Source: Chiloscyllium plagiosum (Eukaryota). From it: 64,000 nt of DNA. Under the pieces are notes generated by a model. That model saw only the letters and a program-made list of their open reading frames with translations, was not told where the DNA came from and did no database searches. The position numbers and the translations under genes are program-made. Of this stretch, positions 60,851 to 64,000 are shown one piece after another. Location of the stretch: contig NC_057755.1 of NCBI RefSeq assembly GCF_004010195.1, forward strand, positions 8,807,685 to 8,871,684, given 5' to 3'. Positions within the stretch are counted from its first letter, which is position 1. Every line of letters begins with the position of its first letter.

Positions 60851-63800
60851 TTGATCATCTTGTATGTCTCTATTAAATCGCCTCTTAGCATACTTCTCTC
60901 CAATGAGAACAGACCCACGTCCCTCAGCCTTTCCTCTATAGACCTTTATTTCAGAGCAGGCAACATCCTGGTAAATCTCCTCTGCACCTTTTGCAATGCT
61001 TCCACATCCTTCCTGTAATGGGACGACGAGAACTGCAAATAATACTCCAAGCGAGGCCACACTATCGTTTGTATAGTTGCAGCAAGACATCACGGCTCCG
61101 GAACTCAATCCCTCTACCAATAAAACCTAACATACTATATGCACTCTTACTAGCGCTATCAGCCTGCGTGACAACTTTCAGGGATCTCTGTACATGGACT
61201 GGAAGATCCCTCTGCACATCCACACTACCAAAATATTTCCAATGACGCAGTATTCTGCCTTCTTCTTATTCTTCCCAAAGTGAATCACGTCACATTTATC
61301 TCCTATTGAACTCCTATTATCATATTTCAGCCTAGTTTTGCAGTTTATCTAAGTCTCCCAGCAGCCTGTAACATTCTTCTGCACAGTCCACTACTCCACC
61401 GATTGCATTGTCATCTGCAAACTTACTAATCCATTCACTTCCACACACAACTTCCCACTTTTGTTTTTGACTGGCCCTATTCCGACTCTCGTCATCCTTT
61501 TATTCCTACATATCTACAGAAAGTTTTAGGGTTCTCCTTCATTCAACCTGCTAAAGACTGCTCATGACCCCACCTTGCTCTTCTTAAGAGTCTCTTTAAC
61601 TCCTTCCTAGCTTCTTTGTAATTGTCCATCGCCTCATCTGTGCCATCTAGCCATCAGCGCCACATAAGCCTCCCTCTTCTGCTTAACAAGAGATAAAATT
61701 TCTTTAGTAAATCACGGTTCCCTAACATTATCACTTCGTCCTTGCCTGACAGGGACATACCTGTCAAGGACATGCAATGTTTCTTCCTAAAACGTGCTCC
61801 ACATTTCGATTGTCCCCACCCACTGCTTTTTGTTGCTCCATTCTATGCATACTAAGTCTTGCCTAATCGCATTATAATTGTGTTCCCCCATCTATACATC
61901 TTGCTCTGTGGCCAGTGCCTACCGCTTTCTATTGCTAAACTAAACGTAACCGAATTATGGTCACTCTATCCAAACTGCTCACCTATCACAAAATCAAACA
62001 CCTGGGCAGGTTCTTAAACGAGGAATAGATCCCTCTATTCCCTCTTGTCCGCCCTTCAACATTCTGTGTCAGGAAACCCTCCTGCACACATTTTGACAAA
62101 AAGACTAATCAATCCGACGTACTAGAGTTATAGCATTTCTAATCAATATTGGGGAAATTAAAGTCCACCATAATGACCACCCTATTTTTTTCACTCGTGC
62201 CCAGAATCGACTTGCCAACCCTCTACTCCACATCCGTGGAACTTTGCGGAGGCCAGTAAAAAACTCCCAGAGACCTCTCCTCTCCTGTTTCAAACATCAG
62301 CCTTTACCACCACATTCAAAGAGTCATTTTCAAATGTTCCTTCGGCTACTGTTACACAGTCCTGACTAACAAAACCACGCCATCCCCTCTTTTACTACCT
62401 TTCCTGAAATGAAAGATTAAAAGTGAAAAATCTAAATCCTGGAACCTGCAACAGCCACTCTTGACCTTGCTCTATCCATGTCTCAGTAATGGCCACAGCA
62501 TCGAAGTCCCAGGAACCCATCTATGTTGCAAGCTCACCTACATTATTGAAGTATTGATTAGATTCCCTACAGTGTGGAAACAGGCCCTTCGGCCCGACCA
62601 GTCCACGCCGACGTTTTGAAGAGTAACCCACCCAGACCCATTTCTCTCTGACTAATGCACCTAACACTATGGGCAATTTAGCATGGCCAATCCACCTGAC
62701 CTGCACATCTTTGGACTGTGGGAGGAAACCAGAGCACACTCATGCAGACACAGGGAGAATGTGCAAACTCCACATAGACGTTCACCCAAGGCTGGCATCG
62801 AACCTGGGAGCCTGGTGCTGTGAGGCAGCAGTGCTAACCACTGAGCCACCGTGCCACCCCGGCTATTGAAGTAGACAGATGGAAGCAGACGCACTTAAAT
62901 CCAGTATGCTTCCTGCCTGCACACACCTGTGACCGAGAAATCCTAACCGTGTCCTCCCTACTCTCATCCACCTGTGTAGTGGAACTACAACACAGGTTCT
63001 CACCCACATGGTGAGCTCGTTTAAACCTCCCCCAATAATACCAGCAAATTTCCCACGCAGGGGTTTAGTGCCCTTTTGGTTCAAGTGAAGACCGTCCTGA
63101 ATGCTGAGATCGCAAGTTCCCCAGAATGACCCGTGTTATCCATATAACTGAAACCCTCTCTCATGCATAATCACTGCTGTCACGTGTTCAGCTGATATGT
63201 CTCCCTATTACTTTGCTCGCTATCGCGTGGCATGGGTAACAAAAGAGAGATAACAACTCTGTTTGTTCTAGCTCTCAGCTTCCATCCTAGCTCCCTGAAA
63301 TCCTGCCTTACATCCCTATCCCTCTTTCTCCCTATGTCATTGCTACCCACGTGGACTATGAGTTGGGGCTGGTCACCCTCTCCCTTCAGGACATTAAAGA
63401 AACGATCCGAGACATCACGGACCCTGGCGCCTGTGAGGCAACACACCAACCGTGAGTCTCATGCATTTCAAAAAAACCTTTTATCTGACCCTATAACTAT
63501 TGAGTCCACAAAGTGACTAACACTGTCTTCCTATCCTTTCTTCCCTACTGTGCAACACGGTCAGACTCTGCCAGAGACCCGAACCCAATGCATGCCCCTG
63601 GTAAGTCGCCCCCCGCCCACAACAGTATCCAAAACGGTATACTTGTATTTCAGGGGAACGACCACAGAGGATCACTGCACCGACTGTTTACCCGCTTCTA
63701 AAAATTACCCAGCTTTCTTTGTGCCCAGGGGTAACTACTTCGCTGTATCTCTTATCTATCACAGCCTCTACCTCCCGAATGTTTCGGAGTTCATCCAGCT

Positions 63801-63960
63801 CCAGCTCCAGTTCGCGAACACGGTAATGGAGCAGCAAGATTTGAGTGCAGTTCCTGCAGATGGATGGGACACTAATGGCGTCCCACACATCAAACATCAT
63901 ACAGGAGGAACATTCTTCTCCCAGAATTACCATTCCTACAAGTCCCCTTATCAGAAAGGA
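60535..63960 (-). mobile_element. CR1 LINE, degenerate, spanning ORF1 (Zn finger/coiled coil + SGNH esterase) to the 3' end, with internal deletions
   Basis: CSSCMM..CRNC..RVRELELELDEL (63688-63933), VCCLTGARVRDV..VHVGSNDIG (63180-63449), and RT C-terminus LFSLER.MLRGDLIETYK. Confidence 0.88.
62554..62863 (-). mobile_element. HE1-like SINE inserted in CR1 with 10-bp TSD
   Basis: Minus strand ggtggcacggtggctcagtgg and ggttcgatgcc. TSD tattgaagta at 62544-62553 and 62864-62873. Confidence 0.88.
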
Positions 63961-64000
63961 AACAAAGGAGAATTTTACCTGATGTGTCCCTGGTGTTTAA

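Overview
Eukaryotic genomic DNA, most likely from a cartilaginous fish (shark). This is inferred from HE1-type tRNA-derived SINEs, abundant CR1/HER1-like LINEs and Penelope-like elements. The window is a tandem segmental duplication of about 2.3 units (unit A ~1-32,794, unit B ~32,795-56,880, unit C from ~56,881), each carrying a minus-strand class A GPCR gene of the GPR139/GPR142-like type. Copy A is a pseudogene. Copy B is intact: 70-nt exon 1 at 39822-39891 plus exon 2 at 33469-34373, giving 324 aa. Copy C exon 2 is open but has a premature stop in helix 8, and its exon 1 is probably beyond the window. The rest is mostly degenerate transposons. Upstream of genes A and B is an 8-11 kb array of a 1.6-1.9 kb non-coding unit that runs into the TATA region of a Gypsy LTR. 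Tx1-like non-LTR 3' ends are inserted at the same LTR site in other LTR copies, suggesting an LTR-targeting retroelement system. Penelope termini carry hammerhead-ribozyme-like cores. Repeat family names come from recognition, not from database searches.
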